Of a stretch of 24,000 nucleotides of DNA, positions 9,057 through 19,185 are shown piece by piece. The DNA lies in NCBI GenBank assembly GCA_965651595.1, contig CBFGTA010000019.1:1-24000 (forward strand). The letters are read 5' to 3'. The number at the start of each line of letters is the position of its first letter. Within the stretch, counting starts at the first letter, position 1. The stretch is from an uncultured bacterium. GTDB lineage: Bacteria > Actinomycetota > Actinomycetes > S36-B12 > UBA10799. The notes under the pieces were generated by a model. It had not been told where the DNA came from. It ran no database searches and worked only from the letters and a program-made list of their open reading frames with translations. A program made the translations under genes and the position numbers.

Positions 9057-9526
9057 ACGAGTCCGTAACAACAGCTGAGCAATCGAGTGCGACACCAGGT
9101 CAGTCACCTAGTGTGGATCGTCGCGCCGTACTGGCTGCAGGTGCGGGCGTGCTGGCTGTTGGCGCGGTGTCGGCGTGTTCGGCGGGCAACCGGACCCAGC
9201 AGCCCACTGAGCAGCCGGGTGTGGCCGCCTCCGGGACAGTCATCGCCAGCACCGGGGATGTGCCGGTCGGGTCCGGCAAACTCGTCAAGGTCGATCGGAC
9301 TGTATTGCTCGTGGGCCAGCCCGAGGCAGGTGAGTTCGTTTGTCACAGTGGTATTTGCACCCACCAAGGGTGCCCTCTCAGTCGGATCGACGGGGCCGAC
9401 GCAATATGCACGTGTCACGGCAGCGTGTTCGCGATCGCAGACGGTTCGGTCTTGAAAGGCCCGGCGTCGGTCAGTTTGCCACCGGTCGCGGTCGCTGTGA
9501 ACGGCGACCAGGTTACCTTGGCGTAG
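9053..9526 (+). CDS. Rieske [2Fe-2S] domain protein with predicted Tat signal and lipobox
   Basis: Rieske motifs CTHQGC and CTCHGS. The N-terminus has twin-arginine [10 protein letters not shown] followed by the lipobox-like AVSAC. The ATG overlaps the uvrA TGA (ATGA, 9053-9056). Confidence 0.85.
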   Translation: MNESVTTAEQSSATPGQSPSVDRRAVLAAGAGVLAVGAVSACSAGNRTQQPTEQPGVAASGTVIASTGDVPVGSGKLVKVDRTVLLVGQPEAGEFVCHSGICTHQGCPLSRIDGADAICTCHGSVFAIADGSVLKGPASVSLPPVAVAVNGDQVTLA

Positions 9527-9528
9527 CG

Positions 9529-9571
9529 GCTGCCCACTCTCGGCGAGAGTGTGCGCGTTGAGGTGGGCAGC
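9529..9571. terminator. Nested hairpin between convergent genes (putative bidirectional terminator)
   Basis: Outer 9-bp stem GCTGCCCAC (9529-9537) / GTGGGCAGC (9563-9571). Alternative inner 7-bp stem CACTCTC (9535-9541) / GAGAGTG (9545-9551). It sits between the Rieske stop (9526) and the SGNH stop (9574). There is no U-tract. Confidence 0.55.
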
Positions 9572-9573
9572 AA

Positions 9574-10290
9574 TCAGCGGATAGCTCGGCGGACTGCCTG
9601 CGCGGTCATGCGGGCCCGCTTCTCGTATCCCTGATGGGTCAGGTGGACGCCGTCGCTGCGAACGAAGCGCTTGTGCTTCTTAGCCACTGATGCCCAGTCC
9701 ACTACGTGCAGTCGAGGATCGTTGCGGGCCTGGCGGGCCAACTCTCGGTTCACGGCGCCGTACCGTCCGGGACGAACGATATTGACCCACAACACGGTAC
9801 GTTTCTTGCCCGCGAGCCGTAACACTTTCTTGACGTAGGCGCGGGTCGAGGCGGGCCTCGGAGCATCGTTTGTGCCGAGCGCTATCACCCAGATTCGGGC
9901 TTTGCGCGCTTTCCGCTGTTGAATCCGCTGCACACCTTCGGCAGTTCTTCTGCCGATCCGGGCATCCACGGCAACCGACCGCGTGTCCTGGCGCAGGTAC
10001 CGGCGCACATGGCGGCCGTCACCGGTTGACAGCGAGTCGCCCACCACGAACACGCGGGGCTGTTTCGCTGCGGCGGCACTGCGGGCAGCCTGAGCGGGAT
10101 CAGCAACGGTGAGCGTCGTCGCGGCGATGGCTCCGCTCAGGACAATTACCCAAACCGCCCGCTTGGTCGCTCGAGGTGCGGTGAAAGGACGCGAAATTTC
10201 AGACACAAGTGTTGTTCTTACCGGAAATCTCAGTTCTACACGGCCAGTCTGTCCGTCTGTGAGAAACCCCACGTGCCGCCGATCTGCCAC
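9574..10290 (-). CDS. Secreted SGNH/GDSL-family hydrolase
   Basis: GDSL block VFVVGDSLSTG, C-terminal DGVHLT (DxxH), and signal-like KRAVWVIVLSGAIAATTLTVADPAQA. The coordinates give the maximal ORF. ATG 10290 is only 17 nt from the divergent uvrC start, so the in-frame GTG at 10206 (MSEISRPF...) may be the real start. Confidence 0.8.
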   Translation of the reverse strand: MADRRHVGFLTDGQTGRVELRFPVRTTLVSEISRPFTAPRATKRAVWVIVLSGAIAATTLTVADPAQAARSAAAAKQPRVFVVGDSLSTGDGRHVRRYLRQDTRSVAVDARIGRRTAEGVQRIQQRKARKARIWVIALGTNDAPRPASTRAYVKKVLRLAGKKRTVLWVNIVRPGRYGAVNRELARQARNDPRLHVVDWASVAKKHKRFVRSDGVHLTHQGYEKRARMTAQAVRRAIR

Positions 10291-10307
10291 TGACTACACT
10301 TTCAACT

Positions 10308-12173
10308 GTGGATCCTCGGCATCAGTGGCGGCCAGAATCGGCCGAAATTCCCACCCAGCCAGGGGTGTACCGCTTCTGGGACGCAACAGATCGGGTCATC
10401 TATGTAGGCAAAGCGAAGAACCTCCGCCACCGAGTGAGCAGCTACTTCACCAGTCGAGGCCACCCGCATCCCCGCACGGAGCTGATGTTGTCGACGGCTC
10501 GCCGCGTGGACTGGGTTGTGGTGGCGACGGAGGACGAGTCGCTGCTGCTGGAGCATACATGGATCCGCGAGTTTGACCCGCGCTTCAACGTTCTGTTCCG
10601 CGATGACAAGTCCTACCCCTTTCTGGCCGTCACAGTGGCCGACCAAATCCCGCGAGTGACGGTGATGCGGGGCAAGCGAAAGCGCGGGGTCCGCTACTTC
10701 GGACCGTACGTGAACACCCGGGCCATTCGCGAGACGGTGGACTACCTCCAGAAGGTCTATCCCGTTCGTAGTTGTAGCGACGGAACGCTGAACCGGCATC
10801 AGCGGTTGGGTCGGCCGTGTCTGCTCGGAGACATCGGCAAGTGCCGAGCCCCCTGCCTCGGCGGTGAACTGCTGGCCCGCCACCAGGAGGATGCGCGCAG
10901 TCTGGTGTCTTTCTTGGCGTCCCGCCCGGATGACCACATCGCTGCCCGTGAAGACGCCATGCGGCAGGCGAGCGCGCGTCTCGACTTTGAGAGAGCCGCT
11001 CGCATCCGCGATGAAGTGGCAGCCCTCCGGGCGGCACTCGGGAAGAACACGGTAGTACTCGGGGCGCGAGTCAACATTGACTTGGTCGGCATCGGTGGTG
11101 ACGAATTCTCGTTCTGCGCTGTCGTCTTCCACGTCCGGGGAGGACGTATTCGGGGGCAGAGAACTTTCCTGGTTGATCGAGATGGGGATCGTGCCAACGA
11201 GGACATGTTGGGGGACTTGCTCACGGCACTGTACGTGACCAGTGACGTCGAGCTCGGACTGGCAGACGCGGGCGACCTCCCACCCGCTCGGGAGTGCCTC
11301 GTGGCAGCCCGGCCGTCCGTATCCGACAGTGTGGAGAGGCTCGTTTCCGCGTCACGAGGTACTAGGTTCCGAGTGCGGGTGCCTCAACGGGGTGCTCAGC
11401 GCGATCTGTTGGACACGGTAGAGGAGAACGCGCGGAAAGCTCTGCAACTGCACACACTCAAGCGTTCCTCAGATCTCATCAGCCGTTCGGCGGCCCTCAA
11501 CGAACTGGCGGCAGTCCTGGAGTTGGCTGAAGTGCCTTTGAGGATTGAGTGCATCGATATCTCGCATCACGGGGCCGAGGCGACAGCCGCGTCCGTGGTG
11601 GTCTTCGAGGACGGCGCCCCCCGCAAAGGCGACTACCGCAACTACTCGTTAGCCGATTCAGCTGACGACGTTGCCGCCATCCGGACCGTCGTGCGCAAGC
11701 GTTACGGCTCGGTGGCAAGCACACAATCCAAAGGAGGCTTCCGGTACGACACCGGCCTCCTGGTCGTGGACGGAGGTCGACCCCAGGTCGAAGCTGCTCG
11801 ACAGGAACTCGACGGCCTCGGACGACCTGAGTTGCCCGTCGTGGGTCTCGCGAAACGGCTCGAAGAGGTGTGGGTTCCGGGCCACGAGTACCCGGTGGTC
11901 TTTTCCCGGCGCAGTGAGGCTCTGTACCTCCTTCAGAGATTGCGCGATGAAGCCCATCGATGGGCGATCACTCATCACCGTCGGCGAGCGCGAGCCCGCT
12001 TGACATCCAGCGCTCTCGACGGCATCTCTGGGGTCGGACCTGCGCGTCGTCGCCAACTACTCGAACACTTCGGGTCGCTAGGAGCTATTGCCGAGGCGTC
12101 CCTCGACGACTTGTCAGGTGTTCCGGGGATCGGCCCCGCGACGGCTCGAGATATCAAGAACCATCTGAGTTAG
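10308..12173 (+). CDS. uvrC: Excinuclease ABC subunit C (UvrC)
   Basis: 621 aa with a GTG start. GIY-YIG block PGVYRFWDATDRVIYVGKAKNLRHRVSSYF, UVR motif FERAARIRDEVAALR, C-terminal helix-hairpin-helix GIGPATARDIKNHL. Confidence 0.97.
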   Translation: MDPRHQWRPESAEIPTQPGVYRFWDATDRVIYVGKAKNLRHRVSSYFTSRGHPHPRTELMLSTARRVDWVVVATEDESLLLEHTWIREFDPRFNVLFRDDKSYPFLAVTVADQIPRVTVMRGKRKRGVRYFGPYVNTRAIRETVDYLQKVYPVRSCSDGTLNRHQRLGRPCLLGDIGKCRAPCLGGELLARHQEDARSLVSFLASRPDDHIAAREDAMRQASARLDFERAARIRDEVAALRAALGKNTVVLGARVNIDLVGIGGDEFSFCAVVFHVRGGRIRGQRTFLVDRDGDRANEDMLGDLLTALYVTSDVELGLADAGDLPPARECLVAARPSVSDSVERLVSASRGTRFRVRVPQRGAQRDLLDTVEENARKALQLHTLKRSSDLISRSAALNELAAVLELAEVPLRIECIDISHHGAEATAASVVVFEDGAPRKGDYRNYSLADSADDVAAIRTVVRKRYGSVASTQSKGGFRYDTGLLVVDGGRPQVEAARQELDGLGRPELPVVGLAKRLEEVWVPGHEYPVVFSRRSEALYLLQRLRDEAHRWAITHHRRRARARLTSSALDGISGVGPARRRQLLEHFGSLGAIAEASLDDLSGVPGIGPATARDIKNHLS

Positions 12174-12249
12174 CAGATGGATCGAGACCGTTGAATTCTC
12201 GGGCTAGGATTGGCACTGCCATTGACTCGTAGTCGACAAGGGAGCCCTG

Positions 12250-13116
12250 ATGGAAAGCAGCCCCATCGAACTGGCCATCGTGAGTGGGCTATCCGGGGCG
12301 GGTCGGTCCACGGCTGCGCGCGCACTCGAAGATGCCGGATGGTTCGTGATCGACAATCTGCCCCCACAACTGTTGACCACCCTAATCGAGACGGTCAGCG
12401 ACGAAGGCGACCTTACGCGGATCGCTGTCGTCGTTGACTGTCGGGCTGGAAAACTGTTCACCACCGTCGCTAGCCACATCGCGGAACTGAAGGAGACCTT
12501 GCCGAGCGTTCGGGTGTTGTTCCTCGAAGCGAGCGACGAGTCGCTAGTGCGCCGGTTTGAATCCAATCGCCGTCCACATCCGCTCCAAGGAAAGGAACGG
12601 ATCTCGGACGGGATCGACCGAGAGCGGCGCCTATTGGCTGACGTTAGGGGCGGGGCTGATCTCGTCATCGACACGACGAGCACCAATGTTCACGACTTGC
12701 GCCGCAAAGTTCAGACCGCGTTTGGTGACGACGGTGACGCTCGCTTACGCGCCACCATCATGAGCTTCGGTTTCAAATACGGGATTCCCGTGGACGCTGA
12801 TCTGGTCGCGGACGTCCGGTTCCTGCCGAACCCCTACTGGGAAGAAGAACTGCGCGAACAGACCGGTCGGGATGCACCCGTTAGCGACTATGTGACGAGC
12901 TTCCCCGAGGCAGCGGAATTCCTCGACCGCTATTCGGAACTCATCGACATGGTGGCGGAAGGGTATCTCCGGGAAGGCAAGCGGTACGTGACTATCGCAA
13001 TCGGCTGTACTGGAGGCAAGCATCGGTCGGTGGCTATGTCAGAACAGTTATCGGCCCGGCTCGTGCGGCACGGAGTGGAGACTTTGGTCATGCATCGAGA
13101 CTTGGGGCGCGAGTGA
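12250..13116 (+). CDS. rapZ: RNase adapter / nucleotide-binding protein RapZ
   Basis: P-loop GLSGAGRSTA and the C-terminal CTGGKHRSVA motif. AAGGGAG Shine-Dalgarno sequence just upstream. Confidence 0.92.
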   Translation: MESSPIELAIVSGLSGAGRSTAARALEDAGWFVIDNLPPQLLTTLIETVSDEGDLTRIAVVVDCRAGKLFTTVASHIAELKETLPSVRVLFLEASDESLVRRFESNRRPHPLQGKERISDGIDRERRLLADVRGGADLVIDTTSTNVHDLRRKVQTAFGDDGDARLRATIMSFGFKYGIPVDADLVADVRFLPNPYWEEELREQTGRDAPVSDYVTSFPEAAEFLDRYSELIDMVAEGYLREGKRYVTIAIGCTGGKHRSVAMSEQLSARLVRHGVETLVMHRDLGRE

Positions 13117-14114
13117 CTACCCCGGTGGCGCCTGACGCCGAATTCAGCGACCGCATGCGCGTCGTCGCGTTCGGTGGAGGCCACGGCCTGTCAGTGACTC
13201 TATCTGCCCTGAGAATCCTCAACGCGGACATTACAGCCGTTGTGGGAGTCGCTGATGATGGCGGTTCGAGCGGTCGTTTGCGAGAAGAATTCGATGTGAT
13301 CCCACCCGGAGACTTGCGAATGGCGCTGGCTGCCCTGTGTGGAACGAACCAATGGGGGCAGACCTGGAAGGCTGTGATGCAGCACCGCTTCGGTGGACAC
13401 GGCCAGCTAGCTGGTCATGCCACCGGCAACCTGCTGATTACGGCGTTGTGGCAAGAGTCTGGCGACATTGTGGCGGGACTTGATCTGGTCGGAGCATTAC
13501 TCGGTGTCGACGGGCGGGTTCTACCGGTCAGCACAGTGCCGCTGTCGATTCATGCCATCGTTTCCGGACACGTCACTGGCGAAGGTGCCGAACAGTGTGC
13601 TGTGGCTGGTCAGGTTGCGCTAGAGCACACCCGTGGGTCCGTTGAGAGACTGTGGGTGGAGCCTCGTGATGCCCCCGCCACTGCCGAAGTGCTTGAAGCC
13701 ATTGACCGGGCTGAGGCAATCGTGTTTGGCCCGGGCAGTTGGTACACGAGCGTGTTGCCCCATTTGTGCGTTCCTGCCGTACGTGAGGCCATTAGGGCGG
13801 CCCAGTGTCCGCGAATCTTGGTTCTGAATGCCGGGAGCAATCGCCCCGACACGGCCCATTTCGGGCCAGCTACATATCTGGAATCGTGGCGTCAACAAGA
13901 AGCTGACGTACCTCTCGACTGGGTGGTGGCCGACTCGAAGCAGGCCGTGAGTGCTGCACTCGACGTAGCAGCACAGGCTGTTGGAGCCCGGGTGTTGAGG
14001 GAGTCTCTTGTCCTGCCAAGTCCCGATGACCGGAACCTTCGGCACGACCCGGCACTTCTGGCGCAGGCGCTCGCTGGCGTGTTCGCAGAGCAGCACGCCA
14101 GCCAGAAAATTTGA
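13113..14114 (+). CDS. yvcK: YvcK/CofD-family gluconeogenesis factor (mycobacterial CuvA-like)
   Basis: The N-terminal VVAFGGGHGLS motif, the overall length, and the conserved position between rapZ and whiA. The GTG start overlaps the rapZ TGA (GTGA). Confidence 0.88.
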   Translation: MTTPVAPDAEFSDRMRVVAFGGGHGLSVTLSALRILNADITAVVGVADDGGSSGRLREEFDVIPPGDLRMALAALCGTNQWGQTWKAVMQHRFGGHGQLAGHATGNLLITALWQESGDIVAGLDLVGALLGVDGRVLPVSTVPLSIHAIVSGHVTGEGAEQCAVAGQVALEHTRGSVERLWVEPRDAPATAEVLEAIDRAEAIVFGPGSWYTSVLPHLCVPAVREAIRAAQCPRILVLNAGSNRPDTAHFGPATYLESWRQQEADVPLDWVVADSKQAVSAALDVAAQAVGARVLRESLVLPSPDDRNLRHDPALLAQALAGVFAEQHASQKI

Positions 14115-14148
14115 CGTTCTGCACCACTGGTAGACACGGCGTGGCAGT

Positions 14149-15138
14149 ATGGCGGGCATGGCGATGACTGCTGCCGTTAAGGACGAACTGGCTCGATGGG
14201 AAACTTCGAAGGCGTGTTGTCGGCGGGCTCAAGTGTCGACCATTCTGCGCTTTGCCAATGGCCTGCACCTGCACGAAGGAAAGATAGTTGTAGAGGTCGA
14301 ACTCGACACGGCCCAGACGGCTCGTCGATTGCGCAGCGACATCAAGGAACTCTATGGACATGGCTCTGAGATTTCCGTGGTCCGGGGTAGCGGGATTAAG
14401 AAGGCCACTCGCTATGCGGTGAAGGTTGCCGGGTCCGGTGATGTGTTCGCTCGTCAAGTTGGGCTCATTGATGGTGCCGGTCGACCGGTTCGAGGCCTGC
14501 CGCCGCAAGTGGTGTCGGGTGCCACCTGCGATTTGGAATCGGCGTGGAGGGGAGCATTCCTCGCGCACGGCTCCCTGACCGAACCCGGGCGGTCGTCGTC
14601 GCTTGAAATAACCTGCCCGGGGTCGGAGGCTGCCCTGGCGCTAGTTGGCGCGGCACGCCGCATGGGACTGGCCGCCAAGTCGCGGGAAGTCCGCGGAGTC
14701 GATCGGGTCGTGATTCGCGATGGTGACACCATCAGTGAACTGCTGACCCGGATTGGGGCCCATCAATCAGTGATGGATTGGGAAGAGCGAAGGATGCGTC
14801 GGGAAGTGCGGGCGACCGCTCACCGACTCGCAAACTTCGACGACGCGAACCTGCGCCGGTCTGTTCGGGCCGCCGTGGCGGCAGGTGCACGCGTCGAACG
14901 TGCCTTGGAGATCTTGGGTGATGACGTCCCCGATCATTTGCGCGAAGCCGGGCAGCTGAGGCTCGGACACAAGCAAGCCAGCCTAGAAGAACTCGGGGCC
15001 CTGGCCCAGCCGCCAATGACAAAAGACGCCATTGCCGGGCGTATTCGAAGACTGCTGGCGATGGCCGACAAAGTGGCGGCCGACAAGGGGATCCCGGACA
15101 CCGAGTCGGTGTTGACACCCGAAATGATGGCGCCCTAG
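14149..15138 (+). CDS. whiA: Sporulation/cell-division transcription factor WhiA
   Basis: Near-colinear with Streptomyces WhiA as I recall it ([11 protein letters not shown]..., [55 protein letters not shown]). The conserved MAMT start corresponds to ATG 14158. The first ATG of the ORF is 14149. Confidence 0.95.
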   Translation: MAGMAMTAAVKDELARWETSKACCRRAQVSTILRFANGLHLHEGKIVVEVELDTAQTARRLRSDIKELYGHGSEISVVRGSGIKKATRYAVKVAGSGDVFARQVGLIDGAGRPVRGLPPQVVSGATCDLESAWRGAFLAHGSLTEPGRSSSLEITCPGSEAALALVGAARRMGLAAKSREVRGVDRVVIRDGDTISELLTRIGAHQSVMDWEERRMRREVRATAHRLANFDDANLRRSVRAAVAAGARVERALEILGDDVPDHLREAGQLRLGHKQASLEELGALAQPPMTKDAIAGRIRRLLAMADKVAADKGIPDTESVLTPEMMAP

Positions 15139-15250
15139 ACGGCAACACACAGCGGCACTCGTCGGCGAGCGCACCGGAGCGCCATGCCCCGCAGGCGATA
15201 GAGTGAGTCAGCGATCGGTTGGTGAGAGCCACCCACGACACGGCAGGTAG

Positions 15251-17527
<2,277 letters not shown>

Positions 17528-17535
<8 letters not shown>

Positions 17536-18313
17536 GCGAATGCCGCTGATGGCGGGCAACTGGAAGATGAACCTGAATCACCTGGAAGCGATCGCCGTCG
17601 TCCAAAGGCTCGCCTTCGGTTTGAAGCGGGAGGATTTCGATCATTGCGAAGTGGCCGTCCTGGCTCCGTTCACTGATCTTCGCTCGGTTCAAACCCTCGT
17701 CGATGCCGATCGCCTCAAGATTCTTTACGGGGCGCAGGACGTCTCAGCTCACGAATCGGGCGCGTACACGGGAGAAGTCTCGGCTTCGATGTTGAGCAAA
17801 CTCGGTTGCACCTACGTGATCGTCGGTCATTCGGAACGGCGGGCCTACCACCAGGAATCGGACGAACTAGTAGCTCGAAAGGCCCAGCGGGTCATCGATG
17901 CTGGTATGACGGCCATCGTGTGTGTGGGGGAAGACCTTGGGGTTCGTCGCAGTGGGGAAGCAGTTGCACACACGGTTTCGCAACTCAGGCAATCCGTGGC
18001 ACTCATTCCCGAGGACCGCACCACTCGACTGGTCGTGGCGTATGAGCCCGTCTGGGCCATCGGGACCGGAGAGGTCGCCACACCCGACGATGCCCAGGAG
18101 GTGTGTGCCGCGATTCGGGCAGAACTCGAAACCCTGTATTCGGCGCCTGCGGCCGAATCGATCCGCGTGCTGTATGGCGGCTCAATGAAGGCTGGTAATG
18201 TTGCGGGTCTGATGCAACAACCCGATATCGATGGAGGTCTCGTCGGGGGTGCCAGTTTGGATCCCGACGAATTTGTAACCATGGTGCGTTACCGCTTGCA
18301 CCCGGCCACCTGA
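17528..18313 (+). CDS. tpiA: Triosephosphate isomerase
   Basis: AGNWKMN, VGHSERR and [11 protein letters not shown] motifs. ATG 17528 is preceded by AGGAGG. An alternative ATG at 17540 gives [11 protein letters not shown]. Confidence 0.97.
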
Positions 18314-18415
18314 CCGGTCGGATGCGCTCGGCGACCCACCCAACGTCAGTCCGATTGCCCGCAGAACGAGGATCTACACCCGTGTCATTGCACGGTATGT
18401 CAGAAGGAGTACCTG

Positions 18416-18646
18416 GTGATAACTGGATTGATCATCTTGCTGTTCGTGACCAGCATTCTTCTGATCGCGTTCGTCCTGTTACATAAGGGCAAGGGCGGGG
18501 GACTGAGTGACATGTTCGGTGGCGGGGTCAACACGTCAGTGGGTGGTTCAAGCGTGGCCGAGCGCAATCTCGACCGCATCACCGTAGGTATCGCCCTTGT
18601 GTGGGCGGCCTGCATCATTGCTCTCGGCATTCTCATAGGTTCCTAG
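18416..18646 (+). CDS. secG: Preprotein translocase subunit SecG
   Basis: 76 aa with two TM segments flanking the glycine-rich loop LLHKGKGGGLSDMFGGG. GTG start preceded by GAAGGAG. Confidence 0.85.
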   Translation: MITGLIILLFVTSILLIAFVLLHKGKGGGLSDMFGGGVNTSVGGSSVAERNLDRITVGIALVWAACIIALGILIGS

Positions 18647-18663
18647 TTGGGGAAGGTGCTTCG

Positions 18664-19005
18664 ATGGCTGGTGGAAGTGCAATTCGCGGAAGTCGAGTAG
18701 GGGCCGGGCCAATGGGGGAGGCCGAACGGGGCCGACCTGCGCCGAGGACTATCGTGTCGTTCTGGTGCGCCAATGGACATGAATCCCGACCGACTTTTGC
18801 CCAGGACGTGGAAGTGCCTCAGGAGTGGGATTGTCCGAGGTGTGGGTGGCCCGCGGGCAGGGATCAGGACAACCCGCCGGCCCCACCGAAAATCGAGCCC
18901 TACAAGACTCACCTGGCGTATGTCAAAGAGCGCCGGAGCGATGGTGACGGAGGGTCGATTCTTGACGAGGCCCTCGCGAAGATGCGCGAGGATCGCCTCA
19001 GTTAG
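18664..19005 (+). CDS. rbpA: RNA polymerase-binding protein RbpA
   Basis: 113 aa from ATG 18664. N-terminal IRGSRVGA, zinc-ribbon-like CANGH...CPRCG, and the sigma-interaction-type KTHLAYVKERRS segment. GGAAGG upstream. Confidence 0.85.
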   Translation: MAGGSAIRGSRVGAGPMGEAERGRPAPRTIVSFWCANGHESRPTFAQDVEVPQEWDCPRCGWPAGRDQDNPPAPPKIEPYKTHLAYVKERRSDGDGGSILDEALAKMREDRLS

Positions 19006-19103
19006 CATGGAGTGACGGAAGCCTTGTGGGGCTGACGTTATCCACAACTCATCACATTCACGGGGGATCTGATGGAATTTACGCTTACCTAGCGATTACG
19101 CGA

Positions 19104-19120
19104 CGATGGCCTGGCCATCG
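19104..19120. promoter_or_regulatory. 17-bp perfect palindrome CGATGGCC-T-GGCCATCG upstream of the FN3 gene (possible operator)
   Basis: 8-bp arms around a single central base, 66 nt upstream of ATG 19186, in the only long, lower-GC intergenic region of this part of the window. Confidence 0.25.
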
Positions 19121-19185
19121 ACAAAACGTATCTGGTAAATCCAACGCGCCTGTGTAACGCAGGTGTCGAACACATCGGAGAATTG

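Noticed and set aside
10302-11132. Long antisense or out-of-frame ORFs inside well-supported genes (10302..11132 minus in uvrC, 13870..14568 minus in yvcK/whiA, 14732..15400 minus in whiA/gap, 5675..6559 plus across tnpB/uvrA, 16755..17231 minus in pgk)
   Set aside because: Each lies wholly within or across genes with unmistakable conserved motifs in another frame. Their products are Arg/Pro/Ser/Ala-rich, which is typical of shadow ORFs in GC-rich DNA.
12211-12227. TGGCAC-N5-TTGA upstream of rapZ, resembling a sigma-54 -24/-12 promoter, and the small palindrome TGGCAcTGCCA
   Set aside because: The -12 element lacks the essential GC (TTGA instead of TTGC). Actinobacteria are not known to encode sigma-54. 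This is probably chance.
18314-18415. Possible terminator or sRNA in the tpiA-secG spacer (5-bp stem GGTCG...CGACC)
   Set aside because: The stem is short with a large loop and no U-tract. The spacer is otherwise explained by the secG SD and start.
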